DNA of 36,899 nt. Origin: an uncultured bacterium. GTDB lineage: Bacteria; Armatimonadota; Zipacnadia; Zipacnadales; UBA5352. Location: contig CBFDBV010000003.1 in the NCBI GenBank assembly GCA_965603135.1, positions 1-36,899 on the forward strand, in the 5' to 3' direction. The translations under genes were made by a program, and so were the position numbers. The notes under the pieces are model-generated. The model did no database searches. It saw nothing but the letters and a program-made list of their open reading frames with translations, and was not told where the DNA came from. This document shows positions 26,926-35,875 of this stretch, piece after piece; position 1 is the first letter of the stretch; every line of letters begins with the position of its first letter.

Positions 26926-29709
26926 TCAGAGCGCGCCGCGCACGATCGGGATCACGTATGCGAAGGGCGCGGCATCGCCGGCCCGCAGGCGAAGGGTGTT
27001 CTCGCCCGCCTTCAGCGCAGGCACCGCACCTGACAGGTCAATCCGCTGCTTCTCGTTGTTGGTGCGATCGTAGAGCACGCACACGCCGTCGGGCGACAGC
27101 TCGATCATCTCGTCTGCCTCGAGGCTGGCCGGGAAGCGCACGCTCTCTTCATTGACCTCGATAGTCGGATCCACGAGCGCCTCAGGTATCTCCCGCAGGG
27201 CCTCGATGCGACCCAGGTGGACGGTCACTTCCTTGTCTACCGGGATGTCCAGGAGCTGGAGGCGCAGCTCGCGGACGGCCGCGAAGTTGAAGCCGGTCAG
27301 GTTGCCCTTGTGTCGCCAGAGGTAGTAGTCGAAGGTCTCCTCGGTCGCCGCGTCCACGATGCGGAAGTAGCGCCAGCCGGTGAAGTCAATGCGCACGAGG
27401 TAGTCCCGGGCGCGGATCAGGCTCGGGTCCACGAGCTGGACGTCGAGCAGTTCGCCGTTGCCGTCGCCGTGCACCCACAGGCCGAGGGAGCGGCACTCGA
27501 GCACGTTCGGCCGCTCGGCGAACTCCCTCCGCACCCAGGCGCGGCTGCGCTGCGAGGCGCGCTTGGCCGTGCCTGTCAGCCTCAGAGAGGGCGCGCCCTC
27601 GTGCTTGACCTCGCTGGACAGCTCTGCGCTGCAACTCGCGCCGCCCGCGCCTGCCGGGTGCCACTCGACAGCCTCGGCGGGGTCGAAGAGCACAACGTTC
27701 TCCTCATGGCCGTAGGGCCGCAAGGCCGGGCGCGCGCGCAGGCGCAGCGACAGGGGCTGGGCGTCAAAGGGATTGTCCACGGTCCACGCCATCGTGTCCG
27801 GCAAGTCGGAACAGGCCAGATGCGTGGGGCCGTACTGAACGGGGCGGAACTGCCAGCCCGCATCCGCGTCCCCCACCAGCTCGAACTCCTTGCCCAGTTC
27901 CTGGAGCCTGGCGATAAGCTCGGGCGGGAAGTTGCCGGCGGCCCGCGCCTGTTCGCAGCGGCGAATGATGTCCAGGCACTCGCCCGCGCGGCCGTTCTGG
28001 TCGAAGTTCCGGGTGTGCATGTGAAGTGAGATGGGCGAGTCGTAAGCCAGCGCCTTGATGCAGAAGTACTCCCACTCATCGGGCTGGGTGGCGGGGTAGG
28101 ACGGAGCCCAGGCGCGCAGGTTCAGCCACCCCATCTCCGCGGCGGCCAGGTTGCGGTGGTAGATGGCGATGCGCTGGGGGACCTTGTGCCGGTCGAGGTA
28201 CAGCTTGGTGGCGATGTTCACGCCATCGTTGCTGTTGCCGCGCATATGCACGTGCCAGCCGAAGCCCGCGTTGCCGCCGGACCCGCTGATGAGCACCTCG
28301 CGGTTCAGTCGCTCGACCACCTCGCGGTGGATCCAGTGGCTGTCGTGCCAGCCGCGGCCGAGCCTGTTCATAGCCTCGCCGCCGTCGAAGTAGATCATAT
28401 CCACCCCGCACTGGTTGCAGATGGTGGCGATGCGCTCCGCGATCTCCGCCAGCAGGTCGGTCCCGAGGGCGGGCAGGTAGAAGTTGTAAGCCCGCCGCAG
28501 GTAGCGCACGGTCGCCCCGGCCTGGTGCGGCGACGCGGTCGTGCCGTAGCGCCCGCGCTTGCACCTCAGGAACCTGAAAGGCTCCCCGGTCGAGTAGTCG
28601 GCATAGCTGACGATCTCATCGTCAATCCAGAGGTCACAGCCGGCCGAGGCGTAGCTGTCCTCTGTTGTCATACCCTTGGGGGAGGCGTCCACGGCTATCT
28701 CGGTGACCGCTTCGTCAAGGTCCTGCATCAGTTTGAACGTGCTTGCGACCGCCAGACGCGCGTCGGGGACGGGCCTGACGTAGGCGTCGTGACGCGAGAT
28801 GCAGGCGGAGAGGAGATGGATGCCGAGCTTGAGGCCCGCGGCGTGCAACTGATCCGCGACCGCCTTCAGACCCTCCAGGCCGTTCGGGTAGTTCTTCAGG
28901 TTCGGCTCATAGTGCCCGCAGCTCACCGACCAGATGCCTGAGAAGACAAGCACGTAGCCGAAGCCGCCTCGTTTCGCGAACTCGATGACCTCCGCCACGT
29001 TGGCCTCGGTGAGGTCGGTGAAGAGATAGGGCTCGCGCAGCTCGGAGGCATTGCGGAACCAGGTTCCGCCCAGCGTGAGATGAGGCAGGCTGTACTTCAG
29101 CTCGAGCGCCTCGAGGTGAGAGAGCGTCTCGTCCGCGTTCGTGGTGAGGATCGCCAGCCGGATGTTGTCGAAGCCGGTGGAGGCGACGGCCTCGGATCGG
29201 AACACGGTGCCGCGGGTGAAGGCGTAAGAGGTGCGCACGTACGGGCTCAGCGCCGCGAACCCGATGTGCAGGTCCCCGACCTGGCCCAGCGGCCAGTAGT
29301 GGCCCAGCGTCTCCCGCGGGATGTCGAGGGAGGTTTGCGCGAACACCAGCCGATCCACGCCCTCCGGCACGCCGCCTACCAGCTCCAGGAAGAAGTGGTC
29401 GCTCTCCGCGCGGGCGGCAAGTTCGATGCTCCCGGCGTTGTCCGCGAACTCGACGGTCCACCTGTCGCCGTCCGCCACGAGGGAGTTGGCATCGTGCCAG
29501 CCCTGAGCGTTGTGCAGGGAGGCGAGGGGGAACGGATCGCCCGCGGCCATCAGATCGGCGCCGCTGGCTTTGACCACGAAGGTCTGCTGCTTGCCGTCAT
29601 CGCCGATGGTCCAGCGTATCTGGTCGGTCTCCAACGTCACGTCGGCGTGCGCGCAGAGGCTCGCGACCGCAATGACGGCAGCGGCTAGCACGAGCTTGGC
29701 ATATCCCAT
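26926..29709 (-). CDS. Secreted putative glycoside hydrolase (GH27/36-like barrel) with C-terminal CBM-like domain
   Basis: Signal peptide MGYAKLVLAAAVIAVASLCAHA; NYPNGLEGLKAVADQLHAAGLKLGIH, DMIYFDGGE; LGLWVHGDGNG...IDFTGWRYF. Confidence 0.7.
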   Translation of the reverse strand: MGYAKLVLAAAVIAVASLCAHADVTLETDQIRWTIGDDGKQQTFVVKASGADLMAAGDPFPLASLHNAQGWHDANSLVADGDRWTVEFADNAGSIELAARAESDHFFLELVGGVPEGVDRLVFAQTSLDIPRETLGHYWPLGQVGDLHIGFAALSPYVRTSYAFTRGTVFRSEAVASTGFDNIRLAILTTNADETLSHLEALELKYSLPHLTLGGTWFRNASELREPYLFTDLTEANVAEVIEFAKRGGFGYVLVFSGIWSVSCGHYEPNLKNYPNGLEGLKAVADQLHAAGLKLGIHLLSACISRHDAYVRPVPDARLAVASTFKLMQDLDEAVTEIAVDASPKGMTTEDSYASAGCDLWIDDEIVSYADYSTGEPFRFLRCKRGRYGTTASPHQAGATVRYLRRAYNFYLPALGTDLLAEIAERIATICNQCGVDMIYFDGGEAMNRLGRGWHDSHWIHREVVERLNREVLISGSGGNAGFGWHVHMRGNSNDGVNIATKLYLDRHKVPQRIAIYHRNLAAAEMGWLNLRAWAPSYPATQPDEWEYFCIKALAYDSPISLHMHTRNFDQNGRAGECLDIIRRCEQARAAGNFPPELIARLQELGKEFELVGDADAGWQFRPVQYGPTHLACSDLPDTMAWTVDNPFDAQPLSLRLRARPALRPYGHEENVVLFDPAEAVEWHPAGAGGASCSAELSSEVKHEGAPSLRLTGTAKRASQRSRAWVRREFAERPNVLECRSLGLWVHGDGNGELLDVQLVDPSLIRARDYLVRIDFTGWRYFRIVDAATEETFDYYLWRHKGNLTGFNFAAVRELRLQLLDIPVDKEVTVHLGRIEALREIPEALVDPTIEVNEESVRFPASLEADEMIELSPDGVCVLYDRTNNEKQRIDLSGAVPALKAGENTLRLRAGDAAPFAYVIPIVRGAL

Positions 29710-29721
29710 GGGGACCATCCT
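29549..29721 (-). repeat. Direct repeat C1: glycosidase 5' end (partner at 32628-32800)
   Basis: 29549-29579 is identical to 32628-32658 (31 bp). Beyond that the copies are diverged but collinear up to the start codon and RBS. Confidence 0.9.
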
Positions 29722-29774
29722 CTACGCTTTCACCGCAAGCCGGGCGTCGCGCACTACCGCCCGCTGTCGCCCAG

Positions 29775-32375
29775 TCACTCCTCCGCGGCCTCCGAGCTGG
29801 AGATCTCCCCGAAGTCCAGCAGTGCTCCCAGGTCCATCCCCGTGGGCAAGATCGTCGAGTTGATGAGCAAGATGCTCTCGTGGTGAACGGTGCGCGCCTT
29901 TCGCGGGAAGCGGAAGATCTTGCCCAGGATCGGGATCTGCCCCAGGACCGGGACCACGAAATCCCCGCGCGGATGGCAGGTGCGGAGGTTGAAGCTGGAG
30001 AGCGCGAACAGGTCCATAGAGTCGACATACACACTCGTCGTCGCTTCGTGCTTGGCGACGCGGCTCAGGGGAATGGTGGTGCCCTCAGCGCCCTCTGTCG
30101 AGGGCGCGTCATGCGTCACCGTGGCGACGATCTCAAGTTCCGCCCTCGCGCCGCCCGGCAGGACATAGGGCCTGAAGGTGAGGTCGGCGCCCTCTGTCAG
30201 ACTCGACCAGACCTCGCGCTCCTGACCGAGCGCCAGACCCAGGGCGAGAAGCCGCTCCATCGGTATCCCGCCCAAGCCGCCTCCCAGCGCAGAGAGCGGC
30301 TCGATCCTCGGCCGCGTCGGCGCGATGACCTCAACTGGTTGCGCAGGGGGCTTGGCTCCCTCGACGACGCCCACGGCGGTCAGGATGGCGACAGCGCTCT
30401 CCACCTGCTGTGCGGTGCCGGTCAGCGCCAGGCTGTGGCTGGCGGGCACAGCGAGTACTTGCAGCCCGGTCAGAGCGCCCGTGAGATACTCGGACCACGT
30501 CGTGAGCCCATCCTCGTCCGGGACCTTCTCCTTGTCCAGCGGCACCGCCACCAGCACGAGCCCCGGCCGTCCGCCGGAGGGCGCAGGGAGAGCGGCACCC
30601 AGCGCCGTGGCGATGCTCTGCGCCTGCCCCAGCGTGGCCTCGTCCAGCTTCGCGGGCTGACTCACATCGAAGTAGCTGACGGCGCTGCCCACCACGTGGG
30701 CCTGAACGCCGGAGAGCACCGTGATGGTGATGTTGCTTGTCGAGCCCAGGCCACCCGAGGCGCCGCTGCTCGCCAGTGTCCCCAACTCGTCTAGCAGAGG
30801 GGCGATGAATATGCGCTCGATGTCCTCGCCCAGCGCGCGCTCGGTGTCCTGGAGCACCGCCTGCACGTCAGCGGCCTCCCTGCGCAGCCGGTCGGGGGAG
30901 ACGCTGCGCCAGTTCTGAGCGTGGCGCCGGTAGTCCTGCAGAAACCCTCCTATTGCCTCTTGAATGACCGCCACGTACTCCTCATCCTGCAGCGTGCCCA
31001 GGAAGTGGTCGGGCAGCAGCGCATCCAGCGCCTTGCGCCGAACAGGCTCGGCCTTGTCGCCATCTGCTTCCGCGGCCTCCAAGGTCTCCAGCCAGGTGGC
31101 GACGCCCTTTCTCGGCTCGTGCTCGTCCGCGCCCGGCAGTTCCAGCCAGACCTTGAGTGCCTCCGTATCTTCAGCCTGCAGCCCCGCGACCCAGGTTTGC
31201 AGCCGCCCCCGCAGCTCCTCCGCAATGCTGTCTCCCAAGGTCTTCGTCCCGCTAGGCGGGAGCAGGATGAGCGTCGCGATGGTCTCGGTGAGCGACAACG
31301 GATGGCGGCCCCTCTTGGACGGAATGAGCACGACCCGTGGGCCGGCGACGGTAGCGACATCCATCATGATCTGGAAGGGTCCGTCCTGTCTCTGCGTCTC
31401 CTCCCTGGCCTCGGACAACAGGCGCTCTCTCGCCGCCTCCACTTCGGCCTCCTGGCGCACTTGCTCGTCCAGAGCATACGCCTCCAACTGATGTAGATAC
31501 CCGCGGATGAGGCGCGCGACCGCTGCCACCTCGCGGTGAGCTATCTTAGCATGCTCGGCGACTCGCGCGGCATTCCGCCCGCTCAGTTGGAAGGCGGACA
31601 GCTTCATCCGCACTTGTGGGTGGGGCACGTCTATGGCCGCGATGACCCGCTTGAGGTCCTCCACCTGCTCTCGCGGCCCCGCCGCCACAAGCGCGGGCAG
31701 CGCACCGCTGCTCGCGCTCGCGGACACCGTGACTGCCGGCGCGAAGGTCTCGCGAACGGTCTCGAGGAGCGCCTGCACGTTCGTCGCGTCTCGCGCGTAG
31801 TAGAGCTGCACAGTCTCACAGACCGGCTCCTCAGCTTGGTAGAGCATGCCCTCGTGCGCCAGGATTGCTGCGAGGCACTCGATCCCGCCCTGTGTGCCCC
31901 ACACCACAAGCAGCCGATCCAGGAACCTATGTCGCAGTGGTGGCGATGTCATTACCGCAACTTCCATGACGAGGTCCTCGACCTCTGCACGCTCGGCCCA
32001 GTCGCTGATCCGCAGAACCTGGATGTACTCAGCCACAGGCGGCGCCACCGCCTCCGCGAGCAGCTCCAGCCTCGCCAGAGCCTGCGCCAGGCAGTCTACC
32101 GCGGACTTGGTGCCGCGCAGCACGAGCACGCGCTCCTCACGCCAGTAGGTCAGGGGAGGAGCATCCCCGCCGAAGAGCTGGGCGACGGCCCGCTCGATAT
32201 GCTCGTCCACTACCGTCAGGTCAGGGAGATCACCCACTTGGAGGACGCGGAAGCACTCATCGCCCGACGGCTCGACATCCCAGAGCAACTCCTGCCCCAG
32301 CGCCGGTGTGACGAGTGCGCCGAGCGTTGTCAGGCCGACGACGACAGCCATGCTCGCTGCCCGTGTCGAAAGCAT
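29775..32375 (-). CDS. Atypical secretin (GspD/PilQ-superfamily-like)
   Basis: Signal peptide; secretin-N-like repeats (VLVLRGTKSAV, LLVVWGTQGGI, LVAAGPREQVEDLKRVIAAIDVPHPQV); GADLTFRPYV; C-terminal signature VPVLGQIPILGKIFR...ESILLI. Confidence 0.75.
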   Translation of the reverse strand: MLSTRAASMAVVVGLTTLGALVTPALGQELLWDVEPSGDECFRVLQVGDLPDLTVVDEHIERAVAQLFGGDAPPLTYWREERVLVLRGTKSAVDCLAQALARLELLAEAVAPPVAEYIQVLRISDWAERAEVEDLVMEVAVMTSPPLRHRFLDRLLVVWGTQGGIECLAAILAHEGMLYQAEEPVCETVQLYYARDATNVQALLETVRETFAPAVTVSASASSGALPALVAAGPREQVEDLKRVIAAIDVPHPQVRMKLSAFQLSGRNAARVAEHAKIAHREVAAVARLIRGYLHQLEAYALDEQVRQEAEVEAARERLLSEAREETQRQDGPFQIMMDVATVAGPRVVLIPSKRGRHPLSLTETIATLILLPPSGTKTLGDSIAEELRGRLQTWVAGLQAEDTEALKVWLELPGADEHEPRKGVATWLETLEAAEADGDKAEPVRRKALDALLPDHFLGTLQDEEYVAVIQEAIGGFLQDYRRHAQNWRSVSPDRLRREAADVQAVLQDTERALGEDIERIFIAPLLDELGTLASSGASGGLGSTSNITITVLSGVQAHVVGSAVSYFDVSQPAKLDEATLGQAQSIATALGAALPAPSGGRPGLVLVAVPLDKEKVPDEDGLTTWSEYLTGALTGLQVLAVPASHSLALTGTAQQVESAVAILTAVGVVEGAKPPAQPVEVIAPTRPRIEPLSALGGGLGGIPMERLLALGLALGQEREVWSSLTEGADLTFRPYVLPGGARAELEIVATVTHDAPSTEGAEGTTIPLSRVAKHEATTSVYVDSMDLFALSSFNLRTCHPRGDFVVPVLGQIPILGKIFRFPRKARTVHHESILLINSTILPTGMDLGALLDFGEISSSEAAEE

Positions 32376-32485
32376 TGCGCTCCCTCCCTGCTCACGTCAC
32401 TTCGCGCCCACTGTGCGCCTGCACAGGATACGAGACAGATCCGTGCCCCTACCGTCATCAGACGCCAACGCCCCGCGCGTCTGTC

Positions 32486-32788
32486 TCATTGCTCCTCCCC
32501 GGCTTTGCCTGCCGGTTTGTCGGGCGCTGGCTCGAGCCCGCTCATCTCACCCGCGGCCTGCGCCACCCTACGGCGTTCCTCCTCGGCCTCGTACTCATTC
32601 ACTTCCTTGAGCGCCTGCACGAGCGCGATCAGATCGGCGCCGCTGGCTTTGACCACGAGGGCTTGCTGCTTGCCATCATCGCCGATGGTCCAGCGCACGT
32701 GATCGGTTTCGAGGGTTATATCGGCGCGGGCGCAAACGCTCGCCACGACGATGACGGCGCCGAGCACGAGGGGCATGACATTTCCCAT
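32486..32788 (-). pseudogene. Chimeric 100-aa ORF: glycosidase 5' copy fused to an unrelated charged tail
   Basis: GGAGGAGG RBS; MGNVMPLVLGAVIVVASVCARADITLETDHVRWTIGDDGKQQALVVKASGADL matches the start of the 29709 gene, then IALVQALKEVNEYEAEEERRR...EEQ. Confidence 0.8.
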
Positions 32789-32899
32789 GGGGGTCCTCCT
32801 CCGGGGTTGCAGTGCAATCTGGACCTGTGCTGCAAGGGCCCGTAGGAGAACAGTTAGCCTATGCTTGCCGGATTCCTGCTTGCGCGCCCGTAACCTGCC

Positions 32900-33062
32900 C
32901 GCGGAGTAGGTCTGGGAGAAGCTGTGCGAGGCCGGGCGCCAGGGCTCCAATCCCCTCCTCAACACCGGCCCCTTGCCCGACGGCGCCACTGACCCGGAGG
33001 ACGACGCCGTCCTACGCGCGGTCGGCAAGCGCCTCCGCCGCGAGCGCCTGCCCGAGTAGCGC
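32900..33062 (+). pseudogene. Direct repeat B2: decayed fucosidase 3' fragment
   Basis: Reads AE*VWEKLCEAGRQGSNPLLNTGPLPDGATDPEDDAVLRAVGKRLRRERLPE* versus AEEVWEKLRDANRQGCNLLLNTGPLPDGSIDPEDDTVLRAVGERLRRDGFPE*, with a GAG>TAG nonsense change. Confidence 0.9.
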
Positions 33063-33142
33063 CCGCCTCTTGTCACCGCGCCAAGTTGGCCGCCATCGGC
33101 TTGCTGTGCGGCGTTCGGGATGGTATCCCGCGCTCGGTCCGA

Positions 33143-34414
33143 TCAGAAGGCCCCCCCCACACCCACGTAGACCCGGTCTGAGCGCCCGGTCAAGTCCGGG
33201 GGCAGGTATCCATCCTCCCACCGCAAGAAGACACGGTATTGGGAACTGAAGTTGAAGAACAGTTCAGCATCGAGGAACTGACGGAAACGGACGCTCCTGT
33301 CGCCGTTGTCATCATCGTACACATCGGCCCAGCCGCGCCCACGTACGAAGAGCCGCAGGCCTCTGCTGAGGTCTCTGTTGACGCCACCAATCACGGGGGC
33401 CCACTCAACGACGGTTCCCAGCCGAGCCACTATGTTCCCTCTGCCAGGTGCGCGCGTCGTCAAGTTCGCCCACTCCGCGTCGCCTTCGCGGTAGCCTGCT
33501 TCCAGTTCAGTTCCATAGAACCCGTGCATCTCGTCGAACCATCCCATGACGGGCTGCCAATACCAGACTCCCTCGAATCCTTCGAGACAGCCTGTCGCCC
33601 GCGCTCGGATGCCCATCCGCTTCAATCCACCGCCGCTGTAGGTGATCCTGTTCCACGACAAGCTCAACACGTCAGCCACTTCCCGCGAGGCATCGCGGGC
33701 CGCCCCAGGGGTGCCTTCGACATCGTCCGGCTTTCCCAACGGGATCTTTCCACCGAGAGAGAGAGTCTCAATCCCGTTCGCCCGCTGGCGCAACACGCCG
33801 GAGGCAGTCACATCCAAGGTGAATCCGCCATCGCCGTACGCAGGGCGTACGTTGCCACGAAACGGGGGCAACTCGTCGAGTCTATGCGCGGAGAACCGCA
33901 CGGTCTCCTTCTCCTTCTCAATCCTGATGTCCCAGCCTTCGAGGGGGGTAACCAGGATGTGTCCTCGGGCCCGCGCAGAGCCTTGGCCGATGAGAATCAC
34001 GGTTGACGTACGCACCGTGGGCGGCGCCAGTGCACTGACTTCCTGCACTCGTGTCAGGACGAAGGGATGGTTGTCCTGCCACCGCTCCGTCGACGTGTCC
34101 ACTTCGTTCTCGCTCCCGGGCCAGCCGCTGCGGAACTCGTACGTATCCGCGGAGCGAAGATGATCCTCCAACGCCCTTGCCTGATCATCAGTAGGCTCTC
34201 TGCTCACTACGACCCGGACAGCAATGCCGATGTCTTGAACCTGTTCCGCCGGAAGGTCGCCCCGCCTGGCCTGCACCTTTGCCCATTCGTCGAACGTCGC
34301 AAGAGGACGTTCCGTGGCAACCGCAACCGAAGTCACCAAAGACAGAACCTCAACGAGCGCCGTCAAGACCAACGTCTGTACGATATGAGCGTTGACCCAT
34401 CTCATGTTGTGCAA
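33143..34414 (-). CDS. Hypothetical exported protein, probable outer-membrane beta-barrel C-terminal half
   Basis: GGGGAGGAG RBS, hydrophobic N-terminus, alternating-pattern strands (LSLSWN, YGTELEAGY, LFVRGRGW, FLDAELFFNF, VFLRWEDG) and terminal VYVGVGGAF. Confidence 0.6.
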   Translation of the reverse strand: MHNMRWVNAHIVQTLVLTALVEVLSLVTSVAVATERPLATFDEWAKVQARRGDLPAEQVQDIGIAVRVVVSREPTDDQARALEDHLRSADTYEFRSGWPGSENEVDTSTERWQDNHPFVLTRVQEVSALAPPTVRTSTVILIGQGSARARGHILVTPLEGWDIRIEKEKETVRFSAHRLDELPPFRGNVRPAYGDGGFTLDVTASGVLRQRANGIETLSLGGKIPLGKPDDVEGTPGAARDASREVADVLSLSWNRITYSGGGLKRMGIRARATGCLEGFEGVWYWQPVMGWFDEMHGFYGTELEAGYREGDAEWANLTTRAPGRGNIVARLGTVVEWAPVIGGVNRDLSRGLRLFVRGRGWADVYDDDNGDRSVRFRQFLDAELFFNFSSQYRVFLRWEDGYLPPDLTGRSDRVYVGVGGAF

Positions 34415-34429
34415 GCTCAGTCTCCTCCC

Positions 34430-35722
34430 CTACTGGTTGAGCGGCTGGGTCCCGGCTGTGCTTCCGCACATCTGTCGTGCCAGCCAGATGGACTTATGTA
34501 CCTCTTTCGCGGCTTGTCCCTCGGCGAGTTCATCTGGCGTCATTGGCGGCAGCGTTATGCACTCCCCAAACTCCCTGAATTCTGCACGGGCGAACCTCAG
34601 TATGTACTGGCAAAGCAGGCTACACTGCTCGTCTCCCACGCAGAGGCAGTTGACCGGGGTCTCATAGGCGATGGCAGCGGCAGCGAAAATGTGAGGACGA
34701 GCCATCGCCTCTGTTGGGATCAGTGAACCGCCGCTGACAGCCAGCTTAGCCGCATAGAGCACCTTGCGGGTCCGCAGCCAAATGCAGTATTGGTCATCAG
34801 GCATTCCGAGTTGTTCCTGTTCCGTCTGCCGGGGGATCAACTCCACCTCGCCTTTCAGCACTCCGATGATCGTAGCTGCGAGGGCTTGCGCTTGGCTTGC
34901 CGTAATCCCCTCGATGGACCTGCTCAGAACGCGGCTCAAGTACTTGTTCGCAATCTGCTCCAGGTCGCCGGTGACCACCGCGTTGATGAACGCCTCGTCG
35001 TGGGCAATTCCCATCGCCACTACGACAAGACGAACAGCATCAACGTACCTCTCTTCAATAAGCGCCCTGAGGACCTGAACGAGATCGGTACCGTCCAGCC
35101 GCTCTATCCCGGATACAACGGCGCTGATCTGCTTCTCAGTCGTGCCCCCGGCATCCCGGATGACGTGCCGCTGGACCAGGTACCCGACAACCAACGGCAC
35201 AACCGTGTCGAGGGTGAGTGGCCCGGGCCCGTCGAGCACGTCGGCCAGCAGATCGGCCAACTCGTTCTCCCCGCGGTCCCTTAACCGGGCGAGCAATGCC
35301 GCCTCGATTTCATCACGGGACAGACGCCCGTCCGCAGCCGCCTTGATCAATCGCTTTAGGTTCTCGTTCGACGTGCGTCCGGCCGCCCACACCACGACCA
35401 CGTCTGCGATCTCCTCTGACGTGAGCGCGCCGTCCTCCAGCCGTGCCAGGAGGTTCTTCACGAACTCGCTGCCGAGCACCCCGCTCTCGGGGAAGCTCTG
35501 CGCCAGTCTCACGAGAATCCCGATTATCTCTCCGCGTGTGACCTTGTCGTCCGCCAGAGCTTGCGCGATGGCGTCGGCAAGCTCATCTCTGTCCCCCGCG
35601 ATCCACTTCGCCACGACCTTGCGCACCCGTTTTTTCACCGCCGCGTCGTCTGGCGGCCACGAGGGACACAACTCGGAAAGCAGCTTGTCTAGCTCCTTCT
35701 TCCAATCGATCGTCGTGGGCAT
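34430..35722 (-). CDS. Hypothetical alpha-helical repeat protein
   Basis: 430-aa ORF with GAGGAGA RBS; repeated A/L-x-D-G/D-x-L/V-T/S-x-x-E-I units; Cys-rich C-terminal region. Confidence 0.7.
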   Translation of the reverse strand: MPTTIDWKKELDKLLSELCPSWPPDDAAVKKRVRKVVAKWIAGDRDELADAIAQALADDKVTRGEIIGILVRLAQSFPESGVLGSEFVKNLLARLEDGALTSEEIADVVVVWAAGRTSNENLKRLIKAAADGRLSRDEIEAALLARLRDRGENELADLLADVLDGPGPLTLDTVVPLVVGYLVQRHVIRDAGGTTEKQISAVVSGIERLDGTDLVQVLRALIEERYVDAVRLVVVAMGIAHDEAFINAVVTGDLEQIANKYLSRVLSRSIEGITASQAQALAATIIGVLKGEVELIPRQTEQEQLGMPDDQYCIWLRTRKVLYAAKLAVSGGSLIPTEAMARPHIFAAAAIAYETPVNCLCVGDEQCSLLCQYILRFARAEFREFGECITLPPMTPDELAEGQAAKEVHKSIWLARQMCGSTAGTQPLNQ

Positions 35723-35875
35723 GCACTCATCTCCTCTCGTTGAGTGTCTCGCCTGTCAGGCGAGAACCATCGTGGCCACGAGAGCGCGCTTGGCTTGGTG
35801 TGGCTGCTCTCGGCCGCACGGCGTCACCCCATCGCGCCTCCTCGGCCGGTTGAGGCAACCCGATCACTCGCCACG

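Noticed and set aside
31677-31689. 13-bp reverse-complement match to the 42-bp element (CCCCGCCGCCACA)
   Set aside because: Short, GC-rich, the rest of the element is absent, and it encodes the LVAAG strand of a secretin N-domain.
1431-32702. Many long antisense or alternate-frame ORFs (e.g. 1431-2519, 3638-5125, 13570-14841, 21070-22251, 31536-32702)
   Set aside because: Shadow ORFs expected from high-GC codon bias opposite well-supported genes; no recognisable motifs.
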